Numbered from the stretch's first letter, positions 29,582-38,861 are shown. The stretch is 64,000 bases of DNA from Desulfobacteraceae bacterium UBA5616 (GCA_002423615.1 DIKO01000092.1:33367-97366), one strand, 5' to 3'. Translations and numbers: made by a program. The notes: generated by a model not told the origin, from the letters alone.

Positions 29582-30238
29582 CTATCTGGAACGGATGACG
29601 CCGATTTTTGGGCATATATCCGCTACCGTACAGGTGCTGCAGAAAGGGGAAACAGGCCTGCACACGGTCTGACCGAATGACACCAGCAGTTCATTATATT
29701 TGATCCAGTATTTTCGGGGAAGTTTTTCCCGCAGGGCGAATTCCGTTTTTTCGGGAGTTTTGGTGTTCACATAGCCGATCCGGTTGCTGATGCGGTGGAC
29801 ATGCGTGTCCACGCAGACCGCAGGGACCTTGAATCCCTCGGTCATGACCAGGTTGGCGGTTTTTCTGCCCACCCCCGGCAGGGTCAGAAGTTCATCCAGA
29901 CTGTCGGGGACCCGGCCGCCGTATTGTTCAATGAGAATCCGGCTGATGGAAAGAAGCCGTTTGGCCTTGGTCGGGTAAAACCCTACAGGATAAATCAATT
30001 TTTTCAGGATCGCTTCATCGAGGTTGACCAGATCCTCCGGAGTTTTGGCAACCTGAAACAGCCTGTGGGCGGCCTCGGCGGTAACTTCATCTTTGGTCCT
30101 TAAGGAGAGCACGGTTGAAACGAGAATTTCAAATGGGGTGGCCCCTCTTTCAGAGATGAAGGTTATAACCGGGGCTTTGGATTTTTTTCTGCTTTGGGTA
30201 AGTTTTTTGATAAACAGCTCGATATCGATCGGCTTCAA
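29582..30238 (-). CDS. nth: Endonuclease III
   Basis: 218 aa. LSLRTKDEVT, the HhH motif LPGVGRKTANLV, VDTHVHRI, and the [4Fe-4S] loop CRPVSPFCSTCTVADIC. Confidence 0.9.
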   Translation of the reverse strand: MKPIDIELFIKKLTQSRKKSKAPVITFISERGATPFEILVSTVLSLRTKDEVTAEAAHRLFQVAKTPEDLVNLDEAILKKLIYPVGFYPTKAKRLLSISRILIEQYGGRVPDSLDELLTLPGVGRKTANLVMTEGFKVPAVCVDTHVHRISNRIGYVNTKTPEKTEFALREKLPRKYWIKYNELLVSFGQTVCRPVSPFCSTCTVADICPKIGVIRSR

Positions 30239-30387
30239 ATCAAAATTCCTCTTGGAAACTGAGTAGACAGATAAATGCGCCTGCGACGGAAGTTCGGCTT
30301 AAAGCCCGATTGTTCGGCAGGTGCATTTCACCAATGATGCCGGATGAACAATCGGGATGGACAACAAAAAGGAATTCCCCGCTCAAG

Positions 30388-30846
30388 CTAATTTTTCGGA
30401 TGACATTCAACACAACCGGTGGGACCGGTTTTGGGCAGACTTTCCTTAAGATTTTGTTTGGACATTTCGAGCTTTTCGTTGGCTTCCTTAATATCCTTGT
30501 GGCAAACGATACACAGGTTGTGGTAGGCGATTTTAAAATAGCGGTAGGCTTCGTCCTTATTCGTCTTCAAAAGTGAAGTTGAGGAATCGTGGCAACCCGA
30601 TGCCCTGCAGCCGAGGTCTTCGGAATTCCCATTCCATTCATGGTGACATTCCTTGCAATTGAAATTAAAATGGACCGCATGGGGGAATTCCACGGGTGAC
30701 CTCTGGGCATCCACATCCTCGGGCGGAGACAGCGTCAGGGTCCCCAAAGGGATGCATAATTGGTCCTCACCCTCCTCGGCATTCACCGTTCCAAAGTAAA
30801 ATCCGATTGCGACGACACATAATAAGGCAATTAAAAGCTTCTTCAT
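30388..30846 (-). CDS. Small periplasmic tetraheme cytochrome c (cytochrome c3 / class III family)
   Basis: MKKLLIALLCVVAIGFYFGTVNA signal peptide. There are four heme sites: CKECH, CRASGCH (CxxxxCH), CIVCH and CVECH. VEFPHAVH is typical of c3. The track ORF start at 30954 was rejected in favour of the signal-peptide Met. Confidence 0.8.
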   Translation of the reverse strand: MKKLLIALLCVVAIGFYFGTVNAEEGEDQLCIPLGTLTLSPPEDVDAQRSPVEFPHAVHFNFNCKECHHEWNGNSEDLGCRASGCHDSSTSLLKTNKDEAYRYFKIAYHNLCIVCHKDIKEANEKLEMSKQNLKESLPKTGPTGCVECHPKN

Positions 30847-31217
30847 CCGATCCATCCTCCTGCTCGTCAAGAAAGAATATAATGATGGCAATATCATCAG
30901 GCCTGTAGATCCATAAAAACCCGTTCTCGACCGCAAACCCCATTGAATCGCCACATAATTTTGAAAGTAAACCCTATATATTCTAAATTCTCAGTTGTCA
31001 ACCTGTTATGGAATCCCTTCGAAAATTCATTCAAGGATAAAGGCTGAAATTTGTTTTTTCCGGAAATTGCCCTGAAAATGAGTCCGAAAAGGAACACGGG
31101 TCTATAAGGTACCCGAAATAACAGAACACCGAACTAACGGAAATGATGATAAAATTCAAGAAGTACGCAGACGGATCTTTATCCATTATTTCCCTCACTA
31201 CTCGTTTTTAAAAGGCA

Positions 31218-31246
31218 TTGACGTTTTGTATTGACAAATGTATAGT
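31218..31246 (+). promoter_or_regulatory. Sigma70-like promoter upstream of the ACS beta (ATP-grasp) gene
   Basis: TTGACG (31218-31223), 17-nt spacer, TATAGT (31241-31246), about 135 nt upstream of the ATG at 31384. Confidence 0.5.
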
Positions 31247-31383
31247 CTTCGAACTTTATCAACGGAAATAAGATTGATCTTTTTATTGAATGGATTTCAA
31301 TTCATTCCATAAAATGACGTTCAGGCAATCTTGCCAAATTTTAATCCCCATAATGCTTTCGATGGAAAAGGAGGTTTACCGGC

Positions 31384-32061
31384 ATGAAAATCATTGAAGA
31401 TGCTAAAAAAAGAGGTGCCACAACATTATCTGAAAATGAATCCAAAAAATTGCTCGCCGAATACGGTATCCCCGTCACCCAGGAAGAAGTCGTGACCACT
31501 GAAGATGAGGCCGTGGCGGTTGCTTCGAAAATCGGTTACCCGGTGGTGTTGAAAGGCTCAGGAGAAGAATTAAGCCATAAAACGGAACTGAACCTCATTG
31601 CATTAGACCTGAGAAAAGAAGAAGAAGTGCGGGAGGCATTTCGGAAGCTGACCTCCAATCCTGCCGCCGCCGTCAAGCAGGTTCTGGTGCAGCAGATGAT
31701 CAAAGGCGACCGGGAACTCGTTGTGGGGTTGACCCGGGACGCCCAGTTCGGCCCCTGTGTCATGTTCGGCATCGGCGGTATCTTTACCGAGATTCTAAAG
31801 GACACTTCCTTCAGAGTTGCCCCGTTGACCCGGTGGGACGCCATGGACATGATGAACGATATCCGTGGGAAGAAAATACTGGACGCTTTTCGTGGAAAAC
31901 CCGCCGTGGACCGGGAAGTCCTGGCTGACATTCTCATGGCGGTAGGGCAAATCGGGATGGAACACGACGGGGTTAAGGAAATCGACATCAACCCATTAAA
32001 ACTGGTCAAGGGAAAGCCCGTGGCCGTCGACGCTCTGGTGGTTTTGGGCGAGGATTCATAA
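31384..32061 (+). CDS. ADP-forming acyl-CoA synthetase beta-type subunit (ATP-grasp domain)
   Basis: 225 aa. LSENESKKLLAEYGIPV, IGYPVVLKGSGEELSHKTE, VLVQQM, NPL are ATP-grasp blocks as in archaeal ACD beta. A strong AAGGAGG precedes the start. Confidence 0.8.
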   Translation: MKIIEDAKKRGATTLSENESKKLLAEYGIPVTQEEVVTTEDEAVAVASKIGYPVVLKGSGEELSHKTELNLIALDLRKEEEVREAFRKLTSNPAAAVKQVLVQQMIKGDRELVVGLTRDAQFGPCVMFGIGGIFTEILKDTSFRVAPLTRWDAMDMMNDIRGKKILDAFRGKPAVDREVLADILMAVGQIGMEHDGVKEIDINPLKLVKGKPVAVDALVVLGEDS

Positions 32062-32149
32062 CGGTATTGCCGGGTATTGATTCTCAGCATTTGGTGCAAC
32101 ACGGATTTTAAACAAAATGTCGCCGTTCAGGCGGTAAACAAGGTACAGA

Positions 32150-32824
32150 ATGGATATTGCAGAAGCCATTAACCGCAGAAAAAGCATTCGTTCATTTAAA
32201 CCGGATCCGATTCCAAAAAAGGTCATCGCAGAAATTCTCACCCTTGCATGCCGTGCGCCCTCCTCGGTCAACCAACAACCATGGGAGTTTGCCGTTGTTT
32301 CAGGTCCCCTGCTTGAAATAATAAAACAGAAAAACATCGAAAACCTGTCGGCCGGTATCGCCTCCCAGAGGGATTACCTGGTTGAGGATCGTCCCAAAGA
32401 CAGCGTGTACCGCAAACGGCAGGTGGACCTGGCCGTACAGTTGTTCCAGATCATGGATATCAACCGGGATGACCGCGAAAAACGGTGGGACTGGTTGATC
32501 CGGGGTTTCAGATATTTTGACGCGCCCTGCGCGATTTTTATATTTTCGGACAAATGCCTGTCGGAGGCCGGTTCCGTACTGGACATCGGCGCCGCCATGC
32601 AGAATATCTGCCTGTCCGCCCTCCAGTTCGGCCTGGGCACCTGCATCGAAAATCAGGGGATTCAATACTCGAACATGTTGCGTGATCTCATCGGTATTCC
32701 CGAATCCAAACGGATCGCCGTTTCCATCGCCATTGGATACCCGGATTGGGATTTCCCCGCCAACCGCATTGTCACCGACAGGGAATCAATCGACACTATC
32801 ACCATCTGGAAAGGTTTTGAGTAA
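32150..32824 (+). CDS. Nitroreductase family (FMN-dependent) protein
   Basis: 224 aa. AINRRKSIRSFKPDPIP and APSSVNQQPWEF give the nitroreductase N-terminal signature. Confidence 0.8.
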   Translation: MDIAEAINRRKSIRSFKPDPIPKKVIAEILTLACRAPSSVNQQPWEFAVVSGPLLEIIKQKNIENLSAGIASQRDYLVEDRPKDSVYRKRQVDLAVQLFQIMDINRDDREKRWDWLIRGFRYFDAPCAIFIFSDKCLSEAGSVLDIGAAMQNICLSALQFGLGTCIENQGIQYSNMLRDLIGIPESKRIAVSIAIGYPDWDFPANRIVTDRESIDTITIWKGFE

Positions 32825-32919
32825 TTTTTGATGTCTTCATCGGATATATCGTTTTAGGGTATTTCTTTAATCGGTGATTGTTATGGTCACGTTTTATTTT
32901 TTTCCAAAGGAGGTATTTT

Positions 32920-34119
32920 ATGGACTTTGAATTTACCAAAGAGCAGGAAGCATTACGGGAAGAATTTGATGAGTTTTTCAGAAAAGAGATGAAGCATGCT
33001 CCCAAGGAATGGGCGGAAGGCGGCCTCGAGGCGATGTATCACACCGATGAGGGATTTGCCTTTCACGATCAGATGAAAAAAAAGCTCGGCAAAAAAGGAT
33101 GGCTTTCCAGAGCCTGGCCCAAGGAGTACGGTGGACAGGACGCTCCACTGATCGAACAATTGATTTTCAACGAGGTTCACGCCTTTCACCGTGCACCGGG
33201 GGTTGACAATTTCGGTGTCGGCATGTTTGCTCCCACGCTGATGGTTGGGGGCACCGAGGAACAGAAGAAAAGGCTTCTGCCGCCTATTGCCAGGGGCGAA
33301 GTCCAGTACTGCCAGGGATGGAGCGAGCCTGATGCGGGTTCCGACCTGGCCAATCTGTCCACCCAGGCGGTAAGAGAAGGCGATTATTATATCGTCAACG
33401 GGCAGAAAACCTGGACCACCGGCGGTCACAGGGCGGATCATATGTTCCTCCTGGCCCGGACCGATCCCAATTCCACTCGAAGCCGCGGACTTTCCATTTT
33501 CAACGTCAAAATGGACCTCCCGGGAATTGAAGTTCGTCCAATTCTCTATATGGACAAGGGTCACATCACCAATGACGTCTATTTCAAGGATGTAAAAATT
33601 CACGCCTCCGAACTGGTGGGCAAGGAAAATGAGGGATGGGAGCTGACCCGGCAGACCATGAATTTTGAAAGATCGGGCGTAGCAGGTTTTGTTGAAGGCA
33701 AGCGAACAATAGCCGAACTCATCGATTATGCCAAGGCTCACAAACGCAACGGCAAAAAAATTTCCGAGGACCCGGTTACCCGGCAGAAAATTGCCAAACT
33801 GTTCATCGGTCTCGAAGTCGGACAGACGCTGGCTTACAGAATCAACTGGGAACAACAGAAAGGCGGACTCATCTTTGCCGCTTCGGCAGCCTCCGAAAGC
33901 AAGGTGTTCGGTTCGGAATTAAGCCAGCAGGTGGCTAACGTCTCCACGGAAGTTTTAGGCATGTACGGACAGCTGGAAAACTCCAAATGGGCCCCCATGG
34001 ACGGCAAGGCGGCAACCCACTATCAATTCTGTGTGGCTGCCAATATTTTTGCCGGCTCCAGTGAAGTGCAGAGAAACCTTATCGCCTGGGTCGGGCTGGG
34101 CTTGCCGAGAACGAAATAA
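32920..34119 (+). CDS. Acyl-CoA dehydrogenase family protein, class with C-terminal ...FAGSSEVQRNLIAWVGLGLPR
   Basis: MDFEFTKEQEALREE; QGWSEPDAGSDLANLST.A...GDYYIVNGQKTWTT. The position equivalent to the MCAD YEG catalytic Glu reads FAG. GGAGG precedes the Met at 32920. Confidence 0.85.
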   Translation: MDFEFTKEQEALREEFDEFFRKEMKHAPKEWAEGGLEAMYHTDEGFAFHDQMKKKLGKKGWLSRAWPKEYGGQDAPLIEQLIFNEVHAFHRAPGVDNFGVGMFAPTLMVGGTEEQKKRLLPPIARGEVQYCQGWSEPDAGSDLANLSTQAVREGDYYIVNGQKTWTTGGHRADHMFLLARTDPNSTRSRGLSIFNVKMDLPGIEVRPILYMDKGHITNDVYFKDVKIHASELVGKENEGWELTRQTMNFERSGVAGFVEGKRTIAELIDYAKAHKRNGKKISEDPVTRQKIAKLFIGLEVGQTLAYRINWEQQKGGLIFAASAASESKVFGSELSQQVANVSTEVLGMYGQLENSKWAPMDGKAATHYQFCVAANIFAGSSEVQRNLIAWVGLGLPRTK

Positions 34120-34195
34120 TGCCCCGCTTTTAAGCCCGTTTGAAATCAACATAGCGATCGAATTTCACGATGTTTTTTTATTCTGGGAGGATAAC

Positions 34196-35314
34196 ATGAA
34201 TCTTGATTTTACCAAGGAACAGGACATGCTTCGCAAATCCGTTGCGGAATTCCTGGCAAAAGAATGCCCTTTTGAAACCGTGAAGGAACTTGAAGAAAGC
34301 GAAGAGGGGTATAACAAAAAACAATGGAAAAAAATGGCCGAACTGGGATGGATGGAACTCTATTTTCCCGAAGAGTACGGCGGAATGGGCGACCCCATCA
34401 TGAACGTCATGATAATCATGGAAGAAATGGGGAAAAAAGCCTTTCCCAGCCCTTATTTTTCCACAGTGGTTCAATGCGGGCTTGTTCTTCTTGAAGGGGG
34501 ATCGGAAGATCAGAAAAAATCACTGCTGCCCAAAATCGCCGGTGGTAAGCTCCTGATGTCGCTCGCACAGTATGAGGAAGATGCCAGTTATGAACAAGCG
34601 GGAATCAATATGCCCGCCGAACCTGCAGGAGACCACTATGTTTTAAATGGAACGAAAATGTTTGCCCTGGATGCCAATGTTGCCGACAAACTGATTGTCG
34701 CCGCCAGGGTGAAGGACTCGGGAGTAACCTTGTTTCTGGTGGATGCCAAGGCACCCGGAATCACCACCACAAAAATGCCCACCATCGGCATGGACAATAC
34801 CTGTGAAATCATATTTAAGAATGTCAAGGTACCCAAAGAAGATGTAGTGGGTGGCCCTGGAAAAGGCTGGGAAATTCTGCAAAAAATGTTCCCCAAGGCC
34901 GTCATTCTGAAATGTGCGGAAATGGTGGGCGGTTGCAGGGAGACCGTTGACATGACAGCGGACTACGCCAAAAAACGTATCCAGTACGGTAAGCCCATCG
35001 GCTCGTTCCAGGCCATTCAGCATTATATGGCCAACATGCTGCTCGGATACGACACCAGCAGCAATTATCTGTACAAAGTCTGCTGGATGGTGCAGGAGGG
35101 AATGGATGTTTCAAAGGAAATCCATGCCCTGAAGGCCCATGTCAACGAGCAGTACAAATATATTACGGAAAGAGGCGTCCAGATCCATGGCGGCGTCGGC
35201 ACCACCCGTGAATTCAACATGGGTTTATTCTATCGTCGAGCCAAGGCCTATGAGTATGTCCTGGGAGATACGCAGTATCATTATGAAAAACTGGCGGACG
35301 CTTTGAACATGTAG
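34196..35314 (+). CDS. Acyl-CoA dehydrogenase family protein, second class (...RRAKAYEYVLGDTQYHYEKLA)
   Basis: MNLDFTKEQDMLRKSVAEFLAKE; YVLNGTKMF; IHGGVGTTREF. GGGAGG precedes the ATG at 34196. The upstream extension of the track ORF overlaps the previous gene and was rejected. Confidence 0.85.
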   Translation: MNLDFTKEQDMLRKSVAEFLAKECPFETVKELEESEEGYNKKQWKKMAELGWMELYFPEEYGGMGDPIMNVMIIMEEMGKKAFPSPYFSTVVQCGLVLLEGGSEDQKKSLLPKIAGGKLLMSLAQYEEDASYEQAGINMPAEPAGDHYVLNGTKMFALDANVADKLIVAARVKDSGVTLFLVDAKAPGITTTKMPTIGMDNTCEIIFKNVKVPKEDVVGGPGKGWEILQKMFPKAVILKCAEMVGGCRETVDMTADYAKKRIQYGKPIGSFQAIQHYMANMLLGYDTSSNYLYKVCWMVQEGMDVSKEIHALKAHVNEQYKYITERGVQIHGGVGTTREFNMGLFYRRAKAYEYVLGDTQYHYEKLADALNM

Positions 35315-35319
35315 GTAAA

Positions 35320-35352
35320 AGGTCCGGCCGGTCCAAAGGGCCGGCCGGACCT
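35320..35352. terminator. Bidirectional GC-rich terminator between convergent ACAD and hypB
   Basis: 12-bp stem AGGTCCGGCCGG / CCGGCCGGACCT with a 9-nt loop, followed by GATTTT on the plus strand and preceded by AAAA. Confidence 0.7.
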
Positions 35353-35370
35353 GATTTTCGACTCGGGGAA

Positions 35371-36042
35371 TTAAGCCTGGTATTCCCTGACCTTATTTTT
35401 GAGCCAGTTCGACCATTCTTCAACGCCCTGACCGGTTCTGCTGGACACCTCGAAGATGGCAATGCCCGGGTTCAGGGCTCTCACCCTTTCTTTCATGGCT
35501 TCTAGGTTGAAATCGCAGAGTTCCATGAAATCCATTTTGTTCACCACCAGCACGTCCACCGCCGCAAAGATGACGGGATATTTGAGGGGCTTGTCATCAC
35601 CCTCGGGGACGCTCAGAATCACCGCGTCAAGTGCAGCCCCGGTATCGACTTCGGCAGGGCAGACCAGGTTTCCCACATTTTCGATGAAAATCAGATCAAA
35701 ACCATCGGGGTTCATCGCATCCAGGCCTTTTGCCACCATCGTGGCATCCACATGACAAAATCCGCCTGTCTTAAGCTGAACGGCTTTTATACCCTGTGCC
35801 GCTATTTTTTCGGAGTCTACTTTGGAATCCAGATCCGCCTCAATGACGCCGATGGTCAAATCCTTTCTCAAGGCTTCGATGGTCTTTAAAATAAGACTTG
35901 TTTTACCGGACCCGGGGGACGCCATGAGGTTGACCATAAAGACTTTTTTAGACTTCAGGGATTGCTTCAACGCTTCAGCAGTCTTTTTATTATCCGCCAG
36001 TATCCCTTCCTTGACCTCGATCAGCCTGACCTCATCCATCAC
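35371..36042 (-). CDS. hypB: Hydrogenase nickel-incorporation GTPase HypB
   Basis: 223 aa. The P-loop is LMASPGSGKTSL; ENVGNLVCP and NKMD are G-domain motifs. The start (GTG at 36042 or ATG at 36039) overlaps the hypA stop. Confidence 0.9.
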   Translation of the reverse strand: MMDEVRLIEVKEGILADNKKTAEALKQSLKSKKVFMVNLMASPGSGKTSLILKTIEALRKDLTIGVIEADLDSKVDSEKIAAQGIKAVQLKTGGFCHVDATMVAKGLDAMNPDGFDLIFIENVGNLVCPAEVDTGAALDAVILSVPEGDDKPLKYPVIFAAVDVLVVNKMDFMELCDFNLEAMKERVRALNPGIAIFEVSSRTGQGVEEWSNWLKNKVREYQA

Positions 36043-36389
36043 AACACCTCCATGCTTTTAATAAAATATTCTCTCCCGGATATGAGTTTGTTGTTTTTTC
36101 CCTGGCATAAGGGGCAAACAATATCCTTCACATTTTTGATATCCACTTGAAAAGATTCCCGGCAGTCTTCACAATTCATCACCACCGGCATTCTCTCGAT
36201 TTTCAAAACAGCGCCGGCGGCTATGGAATCCTTGCTTAGATGATCGAAATACCGCTGCATCCACTCGTCTTCCAGATCGCTGAGTTCGCCGACCTGAAGA
36301 TGAATAGCCATAATTTTTTGAACATTGTTTTTGGCCCCATGGGACAAAGATACTTTTAAAATACTCTCTATTACCGGAAGCTCGTGCAT
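36039..36389 (-). CDS. hypA: Hydrogenase maturation nickel metallochaperone HypA
   Basis: 116 aa. MHELPV N-terminal Ni site (MHE) and zinc-ribbon cysteines CEDC...CPLC. Confidence 0.9.
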   Translation of the reverse strand: MHELPVIESILKVSLSHGAKNNVQKIMAIHLQVGELSDLEDEWMQRYFDHLSKDSIAAGAVLKIERMPVVMNCEDCRESFQVDIKNVKDIVCPLCQGKNNKLISGREYFIKSMEVL

Positions 36390-36750
36390 GTAAGACTTCT
36401 TTCATGGTGATGGGAAGGGTTGATTGCTGTATCATCGATCTTAAAAAATTGATATCAAAATAAAATCTGCATGGCAATGAAATTTTGTCCGTAAATCTTG
36501 ACACGCCGACAGGTTAAGGCTGAAGGGTTTTTTCTTTTCGTTCAGCCGCCCATGCCCGGTGAAGGTGAAGGAAAAGAGGGATCCGGATGCCGTGGCGGCA
36601 TACCCCATGACGAATTCGGAGAAGAGGTCAGGGCGGTGGTGCAGCCGTCAAACATGACTGAAGCAGGACCATAACTCGAAGACGAACTGCTAATGTCCGG
36701 GAAGTATGGATTCAGGAAAGGGGGACGCTTCACGGACCAGGGGCGGCACC

Positions 36751-37631
36751 TTATGCCCTCACATAACAGCCGTTTTGATGCAGGATAACCCCTTTTCGAA
36801 TGTTGCGTTCCAGGTGTTTGGCCATGATCGCCGCTTCACCGAAACGAAAAAAGGGTTCCCTTGCCCCCGGCCGGTTATATACGATGCCTGCATCAATAAT
36901 CTGTTCCAAATCCTTGGGCGAGTCCAGAAGCTCCAGAAGACGTTGTTCCCGCCGGCTGACAACCCCGATATAATCGTCCCATAAATCCCCGGGTTCTTTC
37001 TCGAAAACCCCGGTCTCATGGCAGGCGAGCCATACCTCAGCAGACATCTGCTTCAAAATTTCCACGGATGCCATTACCTCGTCAAGGTTCGAATCCCGGT
37101 CACCATACCAGGGGCCGAAACGGGTCAAATCATAGTCTCCCAGAAACAGCACATTGGGTTCCCTGAAGAAAAACGACAGATGTCCCGGTGTGTGACCGGG
37201 AGTGGATATCACGTCTACCGTTACGTTGCCGAGGTCGAGGGTTTCTCCGGGTTTTAAAAAACGCTCGGGGGTCCGGGGCTTGAAATGGAATTGGTGTTTC
37301 ATCGTGTTTCGCCATTCATCCCGAAAGTCGCCACCCATTCCATAGGCATCCAGAAACAACTCTATATCGGACAGGGGCGCCGCATCTGCTTCAGACACCC
37401 ACAGGGGCACATCATCGAACAGATCCAGGTCCGCAATATGGTCCTCGTGCCAATGGGACAGCCATACCCGATCAACACCGGATTCCTCCTTCAAACGGAT
37501 CAGCCTCTCCCGGTCGGATGCCGGGTCGATCAATATTTTCGAGCCTTCAATATACAGCGAGTGGCAGTATGGATATTTGCCGTTTTTTTTCCGGGTATGA
37601 ACCGTATCGGGCCGAATGTTCTTTCTTCCAT
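36751..37631 (-). pseudogene. MBL-fold metallo-hydrolase with the reading frame broken at an A8 run (frameshift, assembly error or -1 recoding)
   Basis: The downstream frame holds the HxHxDH motif (LSHWHEDH), TPGHTPGH and LACHE. Manual translation from the ATG at 37631 (TAAATG junction with the upstream CoA-transferase stop) gives MEERTFGPIRFIPGKK, then hits the A8 run (plus-strand T8 at 37583-37590). A shift to the -1 frame continues NGKYPYCHSLYIEGSKILIDPASD..., a typical MBL N-terminus. Confidence 0.7.
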
Positions 37632-38849
37632 TTAATAAATCACCTTTTCCGTTCTCAATCGTTCAATTTCCTCCGGAGCCATCCCCAGGTAATTTTGAAA
37701 GACGTCGTCGGTATGCTGACCGAGCATCGGGCCGGGAGAGCGGAATTGGGCGGGTGTCTCGGTAAGCCGCCAGGGAGGGCCGATAACCCAGTTTTTACCG
37801 ATGACCGGATGGTCCACCTGGCGGAAAACACCTCTCTCTTTCAAGTGGGGGTCTTCAAAAAGCGCTTCGCTGGACAATGACGGCGACGCAGCGACCCCGA
37901 CTGCCTGGAGTCGGTTCATGACATCATAATAATCCTGATCCTGCGTCCATTCGGTGATAATCCTGTCCATCTCCTCTTCATTGGCTTTTCTGGCAGGCAT
38001 GTCCTTGAACCGTTCATCTCCGGCGAGTTCGGGTTTCCCCATCGCATTGCAGAGGCTTACCCATTCTTCCTCGGATGCCGTGACGATGCTGATCCATTTG
38101 TCATCGCCCTTGCAGCGATAGCAGTTATGCGGCGCCATCACGTCATCCTTGTTCCCTTTTCTCACCTGGATTCTGCCATTCATGACATAATCCATGAAGA
38201 TGTCTCCGGCAAAAACCGCGATGGCTTCCTGGGATGCCAGATCGATATATTGGCCCTCCCCGGTCTGTCGGAGATGATACAGAGCCGCCAGAATAGCAAA
38301 GGCGGATGTACACGCGCTTCTTAAATCAATGGATCCCATGAAATTGCTGGGAGGCCAATCCGGATATCCCGTGATATGGGGGAGGCCTGAAAGGGCTGCA
38401 AATGTGGGGGCATACCCCACATATTCCCGGTCCGGACCTGTCTGACCGCAGGCCGACGAGGAAAGATAAATAATGTCGGGTTTCAATTCTCTGACGACAT
38501 CGTATCCCAGTCCCAACCTGGGGATGACGCCGGGACGCATGTTTTCCATCACCACATCGCTTATTGCGATGAGTTTCTTGGCGATCTCCACGGCCTGGGG
38601 CTTCTTGAGGTTTAAACTGACACTCAATTTGTTGAGATTGAGATTGTTGAACACCTCGGATTCATCCAGGGTTTCAAATTTTCTGCCGGTGGTAAAGGAA
38701 AGATTTCGGGAGTGGTCCGGCCGTTGACGGCTTTCCACCTTTATGACTTCGGCGCCTAAAAATCCCAACAGACAGGTTGCATAGGGGCCTGCCCAGGCGG
38801 AAGTAAATTCAACAACTCTGATGGTTTTCAGGGGTCCTAAATTCTCCAT
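37632..38849 (-). CDS. Family III CoA-transferase, 405 aa
   Basis: IRVVEFTSAWAGPYATCLLGFLGAEVIKVES, SIDLRSACTSAFAILAALYHLRQTGEGQYIDLASQEA. Confidence 0.85.
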   Translation of the reverse strand: MENLGPLKTIRVVEFTSAWAGPYATCLLGFLGAEVIKVESRQRPDHSRNLSFTTGRKFETLDESEVFNNLNLNKLSVSLNLKKPQAVEIAKKLIAISDVVMENMRPGVIPRLGLGYDVVRELKPDIIYLSSSACGQTGPDREYVGYAPTFAALSGLPHITGYPDWPPSNFMGSIDLRSACTSAFAILAALYHLRQTGEGQYIDLASQEAIAVFAGDIFMDYVMNGRIQVRKGNKDDVMAPHNCYRCKGDDKWISIVTASEEEWVSLCNAMGKPELAGDERFKDMPARKANEEEMDRIITEWTQDQDYYDVMNRLQAVGVAASPSLSSEALFEDPHLKERGVFRQVDHPVIGKNWVIGPPWRLTETPAQFRSPGPMLGQHTDDVFQNYLGMAPEEIERLRTEKVIY

Positions 38850-38861
38850 GTCGCCTCCTGT

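Noticed and set aside
36542-36733. 63-aa Ser/Pro-rich ORF (GTG start) between the MBL gene and hypA, considered as a possible small peptide or RiPP precursor
   Set aside because: It has a non-ATG start and no convincing RBS. Its low-complexity S/P composition has no leader/core logic and no adjacent maturation enzymes. It is more likely non-coding spacer carrying the hypA promoter.
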